Shown one piece after another: positions 53,286 to 63,387 of a stretch of DNA of 64,000 bases. Below the pieces are notes generated by a model. That model searched no databases, had not been told where the DNA came from, and saw only the letters and a list, made by a program, of their open reading frames with translations. The stretch's first letter is position 1, and each line of letters begins with the position of its first letter. This DNA is from an uncultured Desulfobacteraceae bacterium. Lineage in GTDB: Bacteria > Desulfobacterota > Desulfobacteria > Desulfobacterales > JALSRD01. The stretch spans positions 903 through 64,902 of the forward strand of contig CAYZCL010000154.1 in the NCBI GenBank assembly GCA_964476595.1. Direction: 5' to 3'. Position numbers and translations under genes: made by a program.

Positions 53286-53345
53286 CGCACCCCGTTCACG
53301 GCGGGGCGGTGTGCCGGGAAGCGTGCGCGGCCAGGGTTACGCCTT

Positions 53346-53930
53346 TCACTCCAGGTCCAGGTAACCCTTGCGCAGGTTCCGGTCGGCCTTTTTGCCCAGG
53401 TTGTAGCGGTAATACATGTGGATAAATTCCGGGTCGGTGATGGTGCCTTTTTCCTTCCCCATGAGCCAGAAAGTCAGGCCTCTTCCCGGGATGTAGGTGG
53501 AAACACTGGTGGCGCCGGGTTTCATATCCCGGTCCAGCCAGGATGCGAAACGCCGGATCAGGTCGCGGTGTTTCTCGACCAGATCGGCGGGGTTGGCCTT
53601 TTCCATGGCCTCGACAAAACCTTTTTGCAGTTTTGGGGCGGTGGCCTTGTCGGTGAGGTAGTGCAGCACGAAATGCTTGACCTGTTCGGATTCGATGGCC
53701 TCGTCGGCGTCGTGGGTGGGGTGCTCGAGGTAGAACGCCCCGGCGAACACCTTGATGAAGATAAATGCCTTGCGCAGGGCCACGCCGTTGAGGTGCAGGG
53801 TTTTGCCGGCGACTTCCTTCTCGGTGGGAAAGCGGACCCCAGCGATTTGCCTTTCACCGCCACGTGCAGCGGCGGGCAGGATCAGCATCAACACCAGCGC
53901 GGTGGCTGGCAGGGTAATCCACGACTTCAT
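53346..53930 (-). CDS. Secreted chalcone-isomerase-like (Chalcone_3) domain protein
   Basis: 194 aa. Signal peptide MKSWITLPATALVLMLILPAAARG. The sequence GVRFPTEKEVAGKTLHLNGVALRKAFIFIKVFAGAFYLE is typical of bacterial CHI-like proteins. Confidence 0.7.
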   Translation of the reverse strand: MKSWITLPATALVLMLILPAAARGGERQIAGVRFPTEKEVAGKTLHLNGVALRKAFIFIKVFAGAFYLEHPTHDADEAIESEQVKHFVLHYLTDKATAPKLQKGFVEAMEKANPADLVEKHRDLIRRFASWLDRDMKPGATSVSTYIPGRGLTFWLMGKEKGTITDPEFIHMYYRYNLGKKADRNLRKGYLDLE

Positions 53931-53993
53931 TGTTCCCTCCTTGTTCAGGCGGCCCCATGCGTTCGATGAAAGAGTGGCTCGCGGCCGGTTGCA

Positions 53994-55313
53994 TCACGGG
54001 CTGCGGACCTCCAGTCGGTCTGCGGGGCGGTCCTGTAGGAAAATCATTTCGAAACGACCGGCCTCGGCGTCATCGTACCATTGGCGGGCAACGCGGCGGC
54101 AGGTCGTGCAGGCCTTGCGCGGGATGTGCACGGCCAGGATACGGCGGCCCGGGCGGGCCGCCGATTCGATGCGCAGGGCACCGGCGCAGTCATCGCAGAT
54201 GCGTATGGTTTCCTGCTGGGTTTCGGAGATGCCGTCGGTGTCATAGAAGATGCTGCGCCGGCGCTGCTGGAATTCCTCCCCGGTGCGGGCCTTTTCCTGC
54301 AGGGCTTCCCGTCGGTCCCAGATCTCCCGCACCGTGTCGCCCACCTCGTGTACCCAGCGGGTGATGTCCGCCGACTGGCGGTGTTTCGCCGGGTCGTAGT
54401 CCGGTTCGGTCACGTGGCGGTAGTCGATGCCGGCCATGGCCAGGATGATGCCGGCGTTGACATAGGGCAGGGCGTCCTCGATGGAATAGCCGCCCTCGAG
54501 TACCGATATGTCCGGCTGCAGTAGTTCGATCAGCCGGGCGTAGCCCTGGGCCGAAAAGTTCATGTTGGTGATGGGATCCGAGTAGTGGTTGTCCTGTCCG
54601 GCGGAGTTGATCACCAGCTGCGGCCGGAACTCTTCCAGGATGGGCCGCACCACTGCTTCGATGGTGTACAGAAATCCTTCTTCGGAAGTGTGGGGCGGTA
54701 GCGGGATGTTGAGCGTAGCCCCCACGGCGTTGGGGCCGCCCATTTCCTGGGGGAAACCCGATCCCGGGTACAGGGTGCGGCCGTCCTGGTGCAGCGAGAT
54801 GAAGAGCGTGTCCGGGTCGTGCCAGTAGATGTCCTGGGTGCCGTCGCCGTGGTGGCAGTCGGTGTCCACGACGGCCACGCGGTCGATGCCGTAGGCCGCC
54901 CGCAGGTACTCGATCATGATGGCCTCGTTGTTGACGTTGCAGAAGCCGCGGGCGCCGTGCACCACCCGCATGGCGTGGTGCCCCGGTGGCCGCACCAGGG
55001 CGAAACCCCGCTGCACGCGCTTTTCGGCCAACGCCATGGCCAGGGCTTTGGCGCCCCCGGCGCTGATGAAGTGCGACTCGGTCATCACGTGCCACAGGTC
55101 GGGCACGCAAAAGTGCACCCGCTGCACGTCGGCCGCCGTGACCATGTCGGCGCGCAGCTCCTCGATGCCCTCGATGTCCAGCAGCCCCTCCTCCTGCACC
55201 TGGTCGCGGGTGTAGAGCAGGCGCTCCTCGCGCTCGGGATGGTTGGGACTGATGGCCCAGTCAAAAGCCGGAAAAAAAACCAGCCCCATCCTATGCCCGG
55301 CCCGCAATGTCAT
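53994..55313 (-). CDS. Histone-deacetylase-family Zn amidohydrolase (AcuC/APAH-like) with a C-terminal Cys-pair extension
   Basis: 439 aa. Motifs RPPGHHA, DTDCHHGDGTQDI and LEGGYS. The C-terminal ~90 aa carry CDDC and CTTC pairs (zinc-ribbon-like). Confidence 0.85.
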   Translation of the reverse strand: MTLRAGHRMGLVFFPAFDWAISPNHPEREERLLYTRDQVQEEGLLDIEGIEELRADMVTAADVQRVHFCVPDLWHVMTESHFISAGGAKALAMALAEKRVQRGFALVRPPGHHAMRVVHGARGFCNVNNEAIMIEYLRAAYGIDRVAVVDTDCHHGDGTQDIYWHDPDTLFISLHQDGRTLYPGSGFPQEMGGPNAVGATLNIPLPPHTSEEGFLYTIEAVVRPILEEFRPQLVINSAGQDNHYSDPITNMNFSAQGYARLIELLQPDISVLEGGYSIEDALPYVNAGIILAMAGIDYRHVTEPDYDPAKHRQSADITRWVHEVGDTVREIWDRREALQEKARTGEEFQQRRRSIFYDTDGISETQQETIRICDDCAGALRIESAARPGRRILAVHIPRKACTTCRRVARQWYDDAEAGRFEMIFLQDRPADRLEVRSP

Positions 55314-56986
55314 AACATCCCCCCTTCAAACTTCAAACTTCCAATCACCCCCGGCTTGACCTGGGCCCGCACCCGGATGTTCCTGCCGGTGGTGGAGAAC
55401 CCGCGCACCATGTTGAAGACTTCCTCTTCCACCACCTCCAGTTCCAGGTCTCCGGCCCGCGCTCCCTTTTTCAGGGCCTTTTTCTCCAGCAGGCGCAGCG
55501 CGTCGCGTCGCGCATCCTCCAGGGCGTAGGCCCCCGTGATGCGCCGCGTGAAGTCTTCCTCGGGCGCCGTCGCCAGCCCCTGCTCGGTGTCGGCCAGCAA
55601 GGTGACCTCGCAGGTGGCGCGTGCCAGGGCCGCGCCGATGGCGTTGGCCACCTCGGGCCGCGGCACCACGCGGCAGGGGCGGCCGGAGAGCGTCTGCAGG
55701 CGCGGCGCGAACAGGGCCGCCGGGCCGCCCATCACCAGGAACGCTTCGGGGTTGACTTGCAGCCCCTCGCGGAAGGCGTGGATGGTGTGCACCGGCCGAC
55801 GGTTGACGGCCGCCACCATCCGGTCGACGGCCGCCAGGATTTTCCCGCAGGTGTGGTCGAACACCGCGGCGGCGGCCTCTTCCACCGCGACGTTCAGCCG
55901 CGCGGCCACGGACGCGATGCCATCGCGGGCCCGCCGGCGGTCTCCAGTCTGCATGTGCCCCAGCACGATCAGGGCGTCGGTGGGTGTGGGCACCGGGCCG
56001 CCGAAGGCCATGGCGCTGCCGCGCCTGCGCGGACCGATGATCAGCCGTCCCCCCTCCACGCGCACTTCGCTGTCGCCGCCTACGGCGATGGACCGCGTGT
56101 ACAGGGCCCGCACCAGGGTGTTGTGCGGGCCGATGCGGCCGCCCGCCGGACTGAGCAGGGGCGCGCCTTCCACCAGCAGCGCCATGTCGGTGGTGGTGCC
56201 GCCCACGTCCAGCACCATGCACTGGCCGGGGCCCGGGTCGGCCGCCAGGGCGCCGGCCACGCTGGCGGCCGGTCCCGAGAGGATCGTTTCGCAGGGGGCG
56301 TCGAGGGAGGCGTCGAAGTTCATGGTGCCGCCGTCGGCCTTGAGGATGTCGATGGGTACCGCAAGGCCCTTTTGTTCCAGGGATCTGCGCACGGCCTGGA
56401 AGAAATCGCGGTGCAGCGGGTAGACCGCCGCGTTGAGGAAAGTGGTGGCGATGCGCCGGGGAAAGTTGAGCCGGCCCGACAGGCGGTGACCGGTGAACAC
56501 CCGCTCGAAACGGTCGCCCAGGCAATGTTGAACGGCGGTCTCGTGGGCCGGGTTGCGCACCGAGAACTTACCCACCACGCCCACCTGCCGGATGCCGTCG
56601 GCCGCCATTCGCCGGGCGGCGGCTTCGACGGCCGCGGTCTCCAGCGGGCGGCGTTCGCGGCCGCGGTGGTCGATGCTGCCGGGCACCGGGTAGTAGTGGC
56701 GTCCGGTTCGGAAAAAAGCCGGGTCCAGGCCCGGCCCGGCCGACACGATCATGCCGGCCGGCGCGATGGTGTCCTCGACGATGGCGTTGGTGGTTAGGGT
56801 GGTGCTCAGCACCAGGCGGGAGACGCCGGCGGCGTCGACCCGGGCGGTGATTCGCTCGAGGGCCTGGAGCACGCTGTGAAACAGGTCGTCGGGCTCGGTG
56901 GGCACCTTGAGGGCCTCGACCAGTCCCTCCCTGCTGAGCAGGACCACATCGGTGTGCGTGCCGCCCACATCCAGCCCGATGATCAT
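55310..56986 (-). CDS. Hydantoinase/oxoprolinase-family (HyuA-like, ASKHA-fold ATPase) protein
   Basis: Start set at ATG 56986 (MIIGLDVGGTHTDVVLL). A second phosphate-binding motif is MVLDVGGTTTDMALL. The stop overlaps the HDAC-like start by 4 nt. No HyuB-like partner gene is adjacent. Confidence 0.8.
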   Translation of the reverse strand: MIIGLDVGGTHTDVVLLSREGLVEALKVPTEPDDLFHSVLQALERITARVDAAGVSRLVLSTTLTTNAIVEDTIAPAGMIVSAGPGLDPAFFRTGRHYYPVPGSIDHRGRERRPLETAAVEAAARRMAADGIRQVGVVGKFSVRNPAHETAVQHCLGDRFERVFTGHRLSGRLNFPRRIATTFLNAAVYPLHRDFFQAVRRSLEQKGLAVPIDILKADGGTMNFDASLDAPCETILSGPAASVAGALAADPGPGQCMVLDVGGTTTDMALLVEGAPLLSPAGGRIGPHNTLVRALYTRSIAVGGDSEVRVEGGRLIIGPRRRGSAMAFGGPVPTPTDALIVLGHMQTGDRRRARDGIASVAARLNVAVEEAAAAVFDHTCGKILAAVDRMVAAVNRRPVHTIHAFREGLQVNPEAFLVMGGPAALFAPRLQTLSGRPCRVVPRPEVANAIGAALARATCEVTLLADTEQGLATAPEEDFTRRITGAYALEDARRDALRLLEKKALKKGARAGDLELEVVEEEVFNMVRGFSTTGRNIRVRAQVKPGVIGSLKFEGGML

Positions 56987-57425
56987 GGCGCCCCCTGTGT
57001 GCGTTTTCGGCTTGTCCGCGCTGCGGGCGCCCCGGCAAAAGCCGGCCCGCGGCGTCTTGGAACCGCCGGGAGAATACCCCAGGTGTCCATCCACTGTCAA
57101 CACGGCCGGCCGTGCCCCTCAGGGCGACGGCAAGTAGCGGTCGGCAGGCCGGGTGCAAGTGCCTTTTGCGATTCAGGATTGTTCGTCGGTGCGGAGGCGG
57201 GTTTCGGCCGTATGCGCTTGGCGGGCCAGCCGGGATGGAGACGCCGGCCGACGGGGGGACTTTTTCGCCGGGATCGCGACTTTCCCCTGTCTTTCACCTT
57301 AAGTTTTTGTTATAGGTGCCGAACATTCCTCTGAGGGGTTGCAGTCCTATGCGATGCGGCGGCAGGCATATCACTATGCTGCGATCTGAGCTGTTGCTGA
57401 AGCGAATCCGAATCCTGAATCCGAC

Positions 57426-59420
57426 ATGCGAAACAATCTGAGATTGTCCTGGTCCCTGCTGATTTTCTGGGCGGTGTGGAACGTCGCCGTGCCGGCCGGG
57501 GCTGCATCCCCTGACCCTTTCCCGGTCTTTCCGGCCATGGCGCCCAACGTGGCCTTCTGGGAAAAGGTCTACACCCGCTATTCCACCCGCCAGGGCATCC
57601 TGCACGACAGCCGCAACCTGTCGGTCATCTACGGCATCGTGCCGCTGGTAGAGCCCGACAGCCCACGTGCCCGAAAAATCAACCGCCGGCGCATCAAGGA
57701 GGCCAAGTACCGCTACCGGCGCATCCTGGAAAAGCTGGCCAAGGGGCAGCCGCCGCGCACGGCCGAGGAGAAACGCGTCGCGCGGCTCTTCGGTCCCGGT
57801 GCCGGCCGCCGCACGTTCCGCAGGGCCATGGGCCGCATTCGCTGCCAGGTCGGCCAGAAGAACCGTTTCCGGGAAGGGCTGATCCGTTCAGGGGCCTATC
57901 TCGACGAGATCCGTCGGATATTTCGCTCCGAGGGGCTGCCCGAGGACCTGGCCTACCTGCCCCACGTGGAATCTTCTTTCGACCCCTCGGCCTACAGCAA
58001 GTACGGCGCCGCCGGTATGTGGCAGTTCACCCGTTCCACGGGCCGGCTGTACCTGAAGATCGACTACACCCTGGACGAGCGCCGCGATCCACTGCTGTCC
58101 ACCCATGCCGCAGCGCAGTTGCTCAAGCGCAACTACCAGCAGCTGCGCGACTGGCCGCTGGCCATTACGGCATACAACCACGGCCTTTCCGGCATGCTGC
58201 GCGCCAAGAGGACCAAAGGCGGCTACGAAACGGTTTTCAAGCGATACCGCAGCCGCAGCTTCAAGTTCGCCTCGCGCAACTTTTATGCCGAATTCATCGC
58301 CGCCCGCCGGGTGGCCAAGGCCTACCGGCGCTACTTCGGGCACCTCACAATCCAGCCCCCTGCCCGGCACCCCATGCTGAAACTCGAGGGCTATGTCGCC
58401 TTCCGGGACGTGGCGCGCCACATGGGCGTGGACCCCGAAACCCTCAAGGCCCTCAACCCGGCCCTGCGGCCGCCGGTGTTCAGCGGCCGCAAGTACATCC
58501 CCAGGGGCTACCGCCTGCGCCTGCCCGACGACCTGCCGGACCGCCGCCGGCTGCTGGCGGCCGGCCTGCCGCCGGAGCTCTACAAGGCCCGCCAGAAACG
58601 CAGCCGTTTTTACGTCGTCCGCCGCGGCGACACGCCGGGCGCCATCGCCCGGCGGCACGGCCTGAAACTGTCCGAGCTGATGGCCGCCAACGACCTCTCG
58701 ATGCGCGCCACCATCTACCCCGGACAGAACCTGCGCCTGCCGGTGCCCGGAGAGCGGCGCCCGGCGGGGCGAAGGGTGGCCCGGGTTCGGCCGTCCGCCG
58801 CAGAGGCCGCATCACCGGCCCCGCCACCGGAAAAGGATCCCCGCCGACCGCGGCCGACCCCCCCGAAGGCCGCCGCACCGGGGGCCGAAAAGCGGCCCGC
58901 GCGGGCGGACGCGGCTGGCGTGCAGCTGGCGGCTGCGGCGGACGTTTCCGCCATCAATCCCGGCTTGGTCACCGGCAACCTTCGGGTGGAGCGGGTCTTT
59001 ATCCGCGGCGGACGGACCATCGGCATCATCCGCGTGCAGATATCAGAGACTCTCGGCCACTACGCGGAGTGGCTGGGCGTGACTGCCCGGCGCATCCGGC
59101 GGCTGAACGGGTTCAGCCACGCGCGGGTGATCCGTGTCAACGAGCCCATCCGCATTCCCCTCGGGAAGGTCTCCCGCGAAGCCTTCGAGGAGAAACGCTA
59201 CGAGTATCACAAGGAGATCACCGAGGACTTCCTGGCCGCCTACCGCATCCAGGAGGTGCAGCGGTACTCCGTCAAGAGCGGCGACAACATCTGGAAGCTG
59301 TGCCGGGAAGTCTTCGAGGTGCCCTTCTGGCTGCTCAGCCGTTACAACCCCGACCTCGACCTGGAACGCCTCAGCCCCTCCCAGACCCTGCTGATTCCGG
59401 TGGTGCGGCAGATCAGCTGA
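57426..59420 (+). CDS. Membrane-bound lytic murein transglycosylase D-like protein (SLT domain plus LysM repeats)
   Basis: Signal peptide present. SLT catalytic region LPHVESSFDPSAYSKYGAAGMWQF. LysM repeats (YVVRRGDTPGAIARRHGL...PGQNLRLP and YSVKSGDNIWKLCREVF). A Pro/Ala-rich linker separates them. Confidence 0.85.
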   Translation: MRNNLRLSWSLLIFWAVWNVAVPAGAASPDPFPVFPAMAPNVAFWEKVYTRYSTRQGILHDSRNLSVIYGIVPLVEPDSPRARKINRRRIKEAKYRYRRILEKLAKGQPPRTAEEKRVARLFGPGAGRRTFRRAMGRIRCQVGQKNRFREGLIRSGAYLDEIRRIFRSEGLPEDLAYLPHVESSFDPSAYSKYGAAGMWQFTRSTGRLYLKIDYTLDERRDPLLSTHAAAQLLKRNYQQLRDWPLAITAYNHGLSGMLRAKRTKGGYETVFKRYRSRSFKFASRNFYAEFIAARRVAKAYRRYFGHLTIQPPARHPMLKLEGYVAFRDVARHMGVDPETLKALNPALRPPVFSGRKYIPRGYRLRLPDDLPDRRRLLAAGLPPELYKARQKRSRFYVVRRGDTPGAIARRHGLKLSELMAANDLSMRATIYPGQNLRLPVPGERRPAGRRVARVRPSAAEAASPAPPPEKDPRRPRPTPPKAAAPGAEKRPARADAAGVQLAAAADVSAINPGLVTGNLRVERVFIRGGRTIGIIRVQISETLGHYAEWLGVTARRIRRLNGFSHARVIRVNEPIRIPLGKVSREAFEEKRYEYHKEITEDFLAAYRIQEVQRYSVKSGDNIWKLCREVFEVPFWLLSRYNPDLDLERLSPSQTLLIPVVRQIS

Positions 59421-59616
59421 TTCTCGAACGCTTAGCGCCGCCGCAGCGTGGTCCGGTAATCTCTTCCCTCTTCTGCTTTCGCGCCTCTCCCGACGTCCGC
59501 CCCGACGCGCAAGGTCGTGGTCTTTTATAAGCGTCTTCCCGCAGTCGGTTCGGCGGATCTGCCTAAATTCCATCAATCTGGTGGCATAAAACCGCGTTTC
59601 GTGCTAAGAAAATTCC

Positions 59617-60330
59617 ATGGCGAAAACGTTGGGCATTATCGGGGGGATGGGTCCGTTGGCGACGGCCCATCTCTTCCAGAAGATCATCACCTGTACCCGC
59701 GCCGAGAGCGACCAGGAACACATCCGGATTTTCATCGACAACAACACCGGGGTGCCGGATCGCACGGCCGCGCTGCTGGACGGCGGGCGGGACCCACGCC
59801 CACATCTCGTCGATTCGGCCGCAAAGCTCCAGGCCATGGGCGCGGACTTTCTGATCATGCCATGTAACACGGCCCACGCCTACTATGAAGACATTGTCGC
59901 CGCGGTGGACATTCCGCTTCTGAGCATGATCGAGGAGACCGCACGCTTTATCCGGCGGCACTTTCCAGAGACTTTGCGGGTGGGATTGCTTTCCACCGCT
60001 GGCACCCGCCGAACCGGAGTCTACGAACGAGTGTTGCGGCGCTACGGGCTGGAAGTACGCACGCCCTCCGAGGCCCGCCAGGCGGCGGTCACGGCGGTGA
60101 TATACGGAATCAAGCAGGGACGCCTGGACATGGATCTGGCGGATTTCTTCGCCGCCGTGGCGCGGTTGCGGGACGACGGGTCCGACGTGTTCGTTCTGGG
60201 ATGCACCGAGCTTTCGGTGGCTTATGATGTCCGCCGTTTCGAAGGCGATTTTGTCGATCCCATGCACGTCATCGCCACCGCCGCCATCCGCTACGCCGGC
60301 AAGCAGGTCCGAAAGACCTGCCGGCGGTGA
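59617..60330 (+). CDS. Asp/Glu/hydantoin-racemase-superfamily amino-acid racemase (aspartate-racemase-like)
   Basis: 237 aa. N-terminus LGIIGGMGPLAT. Two catalytic Cys contexts: IMPCNTAH and VLGCTELS. Confidence 0.8.
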   Translation: MAKTLGIIGGMGPLATAHLFQKIITCTRAESDQEHIRIFIDNNTGVPDRTAALLDGGRDPRPHLVDSAAKLQAMGADFLIMPCNTAHAYYEDIVAAVDIPLLSMIEETARFIRRHFPETLRVGLLSTAGTRRTGVYERVLRRYGLEVRTPSEARQAAVTAVIYGIKQGRLDMDLADFFAAVARLRDDGSDVFVLGCTELSVAYDVRRFEGDFVDPMHVIATAAIRYAGKQVRKTCRR

Positions 60331-60467
60331 ACGGCTCCCACCAGATGGTAGACGTTGGGTGTCCACGGCGGAACGGCGGCTTTTTTCGGGCCCGGCGGAT
60401 GTCGGCGTGCCCGGCTGCGGGTTTCTGGTACAGGACTTCAACATCGAACAAAAGGAGGGGGTAGCAT

Positions 60468-61190
60468 ATGCGCAAAGACGGGATGCATCCGGGAACGAGG
60501 AACATGTTCGGACGAATTGCCGTCGTGGTTTTGGTGCTGGCGGCTTTCGGTTTCCTGACGGCCTGCGCCACTTACCAGGGCGGCAAGGACATCGCCGAAT
60601 CCCGGGAACTGGTCGAACGGGCCAACATGACTTTCAGCCATTTCATCCATGACCCCAACATGGGTTGGATCCGGGCCAACCTGCCCAGAGCCAAGGCCGT
60701 GCTGATCGTTCCCAGCCAGTTTACGGCCAGTTTCATTGTGGGGGCATCCGGGGGCAGCGGCGTGCTGCTGGCCCACGACATGCAGGCCGGGCAGTGGAGC
60801 TATCCCGCCTTCTACACCCTGAGCGCCGCGTCCATCGGCCTGCAGGGCGGTGCCAAGGATGCCGAGCTGCTGCTGATGATCATGACCGACAAGGGCCTCA
60901 ACGCCTTTCTGACCAGCTCTTTTAAACTCGGTGCCGATGCCAGCGTGGCGGCCGGTCCCGTGGGCGTAGGTGCGGCCGCCAAGTTCGCCGATATTTATGC
61001 TTTTTCAAGGGCCCAGGGCGTCTATGCCGGCATTTCCGTGGACGGATCGGTGGTCAGCGTCCGTGACGACTGGAACCAGGGCTACTACGGCCGCCCCGTG
61101 ACGCCGGTGGACATCCTCATTCGCCACAACGTCCAGAATCCGCATGCCGATCCACTGCGTGCGGCCATCTCCAACGCGTCCGGGAAGTAG
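60468..61190 (+). CDS. SYLF (Ysc84/DUF500) domain lipoprotein
   Basis: Strong RBS AAGGAGGGGG. Lipobox FLTAC. SYLF-like core: GASGGSGVLLAHDMQAGQWSYPAFYTLSAASIGLQGGAKDAELLLMIMT. Confidence 0.7.
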   Translation: MRKDGMHPGTRNMFGRIAVVVLVLAAFGFLTACATYQGGKDIAESRELVERANMTFSHFIHDPNMGWIRANLPRAKAVLIVPSQFTASFIVGASGGSGVLLAHDMQAGQWSYPAFYTLSAASIGLQGGAKDAELLLMIMTDKGLNAFLTSSFKLGADASVAAGPVGVGAAAKFADIYAFSRAQGVYAGISVDGSVVSVRDDWNQGYYGRPVTPVDILIRHNVQNPHADPLRAAISNASGK

Positions 61191-61195
61191 CGAAC

Positions 61196-62365
61196 TTGAA
61201 GATACTGGTGTTGGGCGGGTGTGGCATCCAGGGCCGCGCGGCGGTTTTCGACCTGTGCCGCTGTGATGACGTCCGCCGGGTGGTGGTGGCCGATTTGCAT
61301 CCAGAGAACTGGGGGCCGCTTTCTTCGGAGGGGGACATCACGCGTGTGCGGACAGTGCGCCTGGACGCCGCCGATGGCCAGGCGCTGAGGGACCTCTGCC
61401 GGGGGATGGATGTCGTCATCGACCTGTTGCCCCGGCGACACCTGGAGAATGTCTGCCGTGCGGCTATTGCAGCCGGTGTCAGCATCGTGAACACAAACTA
61501 TGCGGACGGCATCTCTCATTTGGACGAAGCCGCCCGCGCCGCTGGCGTAGCCATCCTGCCCGAGTGTGGGCTGGACCCGGGCATCGACCTGGTGCTCTAC
61601 GGCCGGGCGGCCCGCCGTTTCGACGCGCTGCACGTGGTCAACTCCTATTGCGGCGGTTTCCCCGAGAAGCGGGCCTGCGACAACCCGTTGAACTACAAGA
61701 TTTCGTGGACCTGGGAGGGGGTGCTCAGTGCCGCTGATCGTGACAGCCGCTTGGTGCGGGACGGGCGGGTGGTGGAGATTCCGGCCAGACACCAGCACGA
61801 CAGGCAATGGGTCCACGAGGTGGTGTTTGCGGGCCTCGGTCGCCTGGAGGCCATCCCCAACGGTGATGCCGTGCGATTTGTCGCGTTGCTTGGTGCCGGC
61901 GATACGATTCGTGAAAGTGGGCGGTACACGCTGCGGTGGCCCGGCTGGAGTGCATTCTGGCGTCCCCTGAAGCATTTCGGGTTTCTGGACCGATCCCCGG
62001 TGGCCGGACTTCCCGGGGGGGTGACCCCCCGGATGTTTCTGGAAAAACTGATGGGGCCCCAGCTGGTTTACCGGGATGATGAAAAGGACCTGGTGGCCAT
62101 GCTGAACGTTTTCGAGGGCACGGCCGGCGGCCGGCGGCTGCGTCTCACCTATCGCCTGTTGGCGGAACGAGACCTGGGCACGGGCCTCATGGCCATGAGC
62201 CGCACGGTGGCCTTCCCGGCCGTCATTGCCGCGCGCATGATGGTTCGCGGGGAGATCGGCGGCACGGGGGTCCTGTCTCCCTTGCAGGACATCCCCGACG
62301 ACGCCTTTTTACATGCGCTGAGGCGGCGGGGCGTGGTGGTGGAGGAAGAGGAATCCGTGTCCTGA
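61196..62365 (+). CDS. Saccharopine-dehydrogenase-family NAD(P)-dependent oxidoreductase
   Basis: TTG start at 61196. N-terminal Rossmann fold KILVLGGCGIQGRAAVFDL. The length and C-terminal half resemble Sacchrp_dh proteins. Confidence 0.7.
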   Translation: MKILVLGGCGIQGRAAVFDLCRCDDVRRVVVADLHPENWGPLSSEGDITRVRTVRLDAADGQALRDLCRGMDVVIDLLPRRHLENVCRAAIAAGVSIVNTNYADGISHLDEAARAAGVAILPECGLDPGIDLVLYGRAARRFDALHVVNSYCGGFPEKRACDNPLNYKISWTWEGVLSAADRDSRLVRDGRVVEIPARHQHDRQWVHEVVFAGLGRLEAIPNGDAVRFVALLGAGDTIRESGRYTLRWPGWSAFWRPLKHFGFLDRSPVAGLPGGVTPRMFLEKLMGPQLVYRDDEKDLVAMLNVFEGTAGGRRLRLTYRLLAERDLGTGLMAMSRTVAFPAVIAARMMVRGEIGGTGVLSPLQDIPDDAFLHALRRRGVVVEEEESVS

Positions 62366-62553
62366 CCCCTGATCGTATTTGAAAAGCACCGACTGGGTCC
62401 GGGATCTCGCTTGCGGCGTTGGCGGCGCCTCGGCGGGGCAGCCGGAATGCGTGAATGCGGGGTTGTAAGCATCATCGAGGGAGGTGTCCCCGGCGTGGCG
62501 TCGATTCGCCGGGATTTATGTCCATTTGTTATTTTTAAACGGAGGAGGAGAGA

Positions 62554-63357
62554 ATGAAGAAGAGACATCTGGTCGCGGTTCTAATGGCACTGATCCTGAT
62601 GGTGGGCCTCTCTACGGCCGCCACGGCTGGTACGCTGACCGACATCGTCAAGCGCGGCGAGTTGCGCGTGGCTGTGCAGTCCGGTGCGGCACCGATGGCC
62701 TTCGTGGACAAGAACGGCAAGCACACCGGCGCCATGGTTGCATTCGTGGAGGATATGGCCAAGCGTATGGGCGTCAAGCTCAAGATCCTGGATTTTGACT
62801 GGGACGGCCTGATCCCGGCACTGCTTTCCGGTAAGGCCGACATGCTGGCGGCCGACATGACCCCGACGCTTAAAAGGGCGCTCAAGATTACCTTCGTGGA
62901 TCCATGGTATTATGATCAGCTGTGCATTTTTACCAAAAACGACGCTCCCTATAAAACCCTGGCCGACATTGACAAGAAAGGCGTCACGGTGGGTGTTTTG
63001 CTCGGATCCACCGGTGAAACAATGGCCAAAAAGATACTGAAAAATGCGAAAATCAAGTCATACAAGGGCGGCGGCCGCATGGTGATCAACGCCCTGCTGG
63101 CGGGGCATGTGGACGCTGGGGTTAATGACGATATGGCCGTGCTCACGGCGCTTCCCGATTATCCGGCCCATTCGGTGCGTTTGCTGGACAAGCGGCTGGG
63201 CAGCAAGGCGCCGCTTTCTTTCGCCGTGCGCCACGAGTCGGTCAACCTGTGGCAGTGGGCCAACCTGTATTTCAGTACCGTACGCCTGGACGGGACCTAC
63301 GACCGCATCATCCACTACTGGGTCGAGTCCACCGAGTGGGCGAAGGATCACAAGTAG
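62554..63357 (+). CDS. Family-3 periplasmic amino-acid-binding protein
   Basis: RBS GGAGGAGGAG. Signal peptide MKKRHLVAVLMALILMVGLSTAATA. Body: LRVAVQSGAAPMAFVDKNGKHTGAMVAFVEDMAKRMG...WDGLIPALLSGKADMLAADM. Confidence 0.85.
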   Translation: MKKRHLVAVLMALILMVGLSTAATAGTLTDIVKRGELRVAVQSGAAPMAFVDKNGKHTGAMVAFVEDMAKRMGVKLKILDFDWDGLIPALLSGKADMLAADMTPTLKRALKITFVDPWYYDQLCIFTKNDAPYKTLADIDKKGVTVGVLLGSTGETMAKKILKNAKIKSYKGGGRMVINALLAGHVDAGVNDDMAVLTALPDYPAHSVRLLDKRLGSKAPLSFAVRHESVNLWQWANLYFSTVRLDGTYDRIIHYWVESTEWAKDHK

Positions 63358-63387
63358 TCGTGAACCGAACTGTTTGATATGAAAGGG

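Noticed and set aside
53286-53969. Remainder of the tracked 281-aa plus-strand ORF (53124-53969)
   Set aside because: Only its first ~55 codons carry SstT-like sequence, and these are annotated as a pseudogene. The rest is antisense to the chalcone-isomerase-like gene and has no recognisable features.
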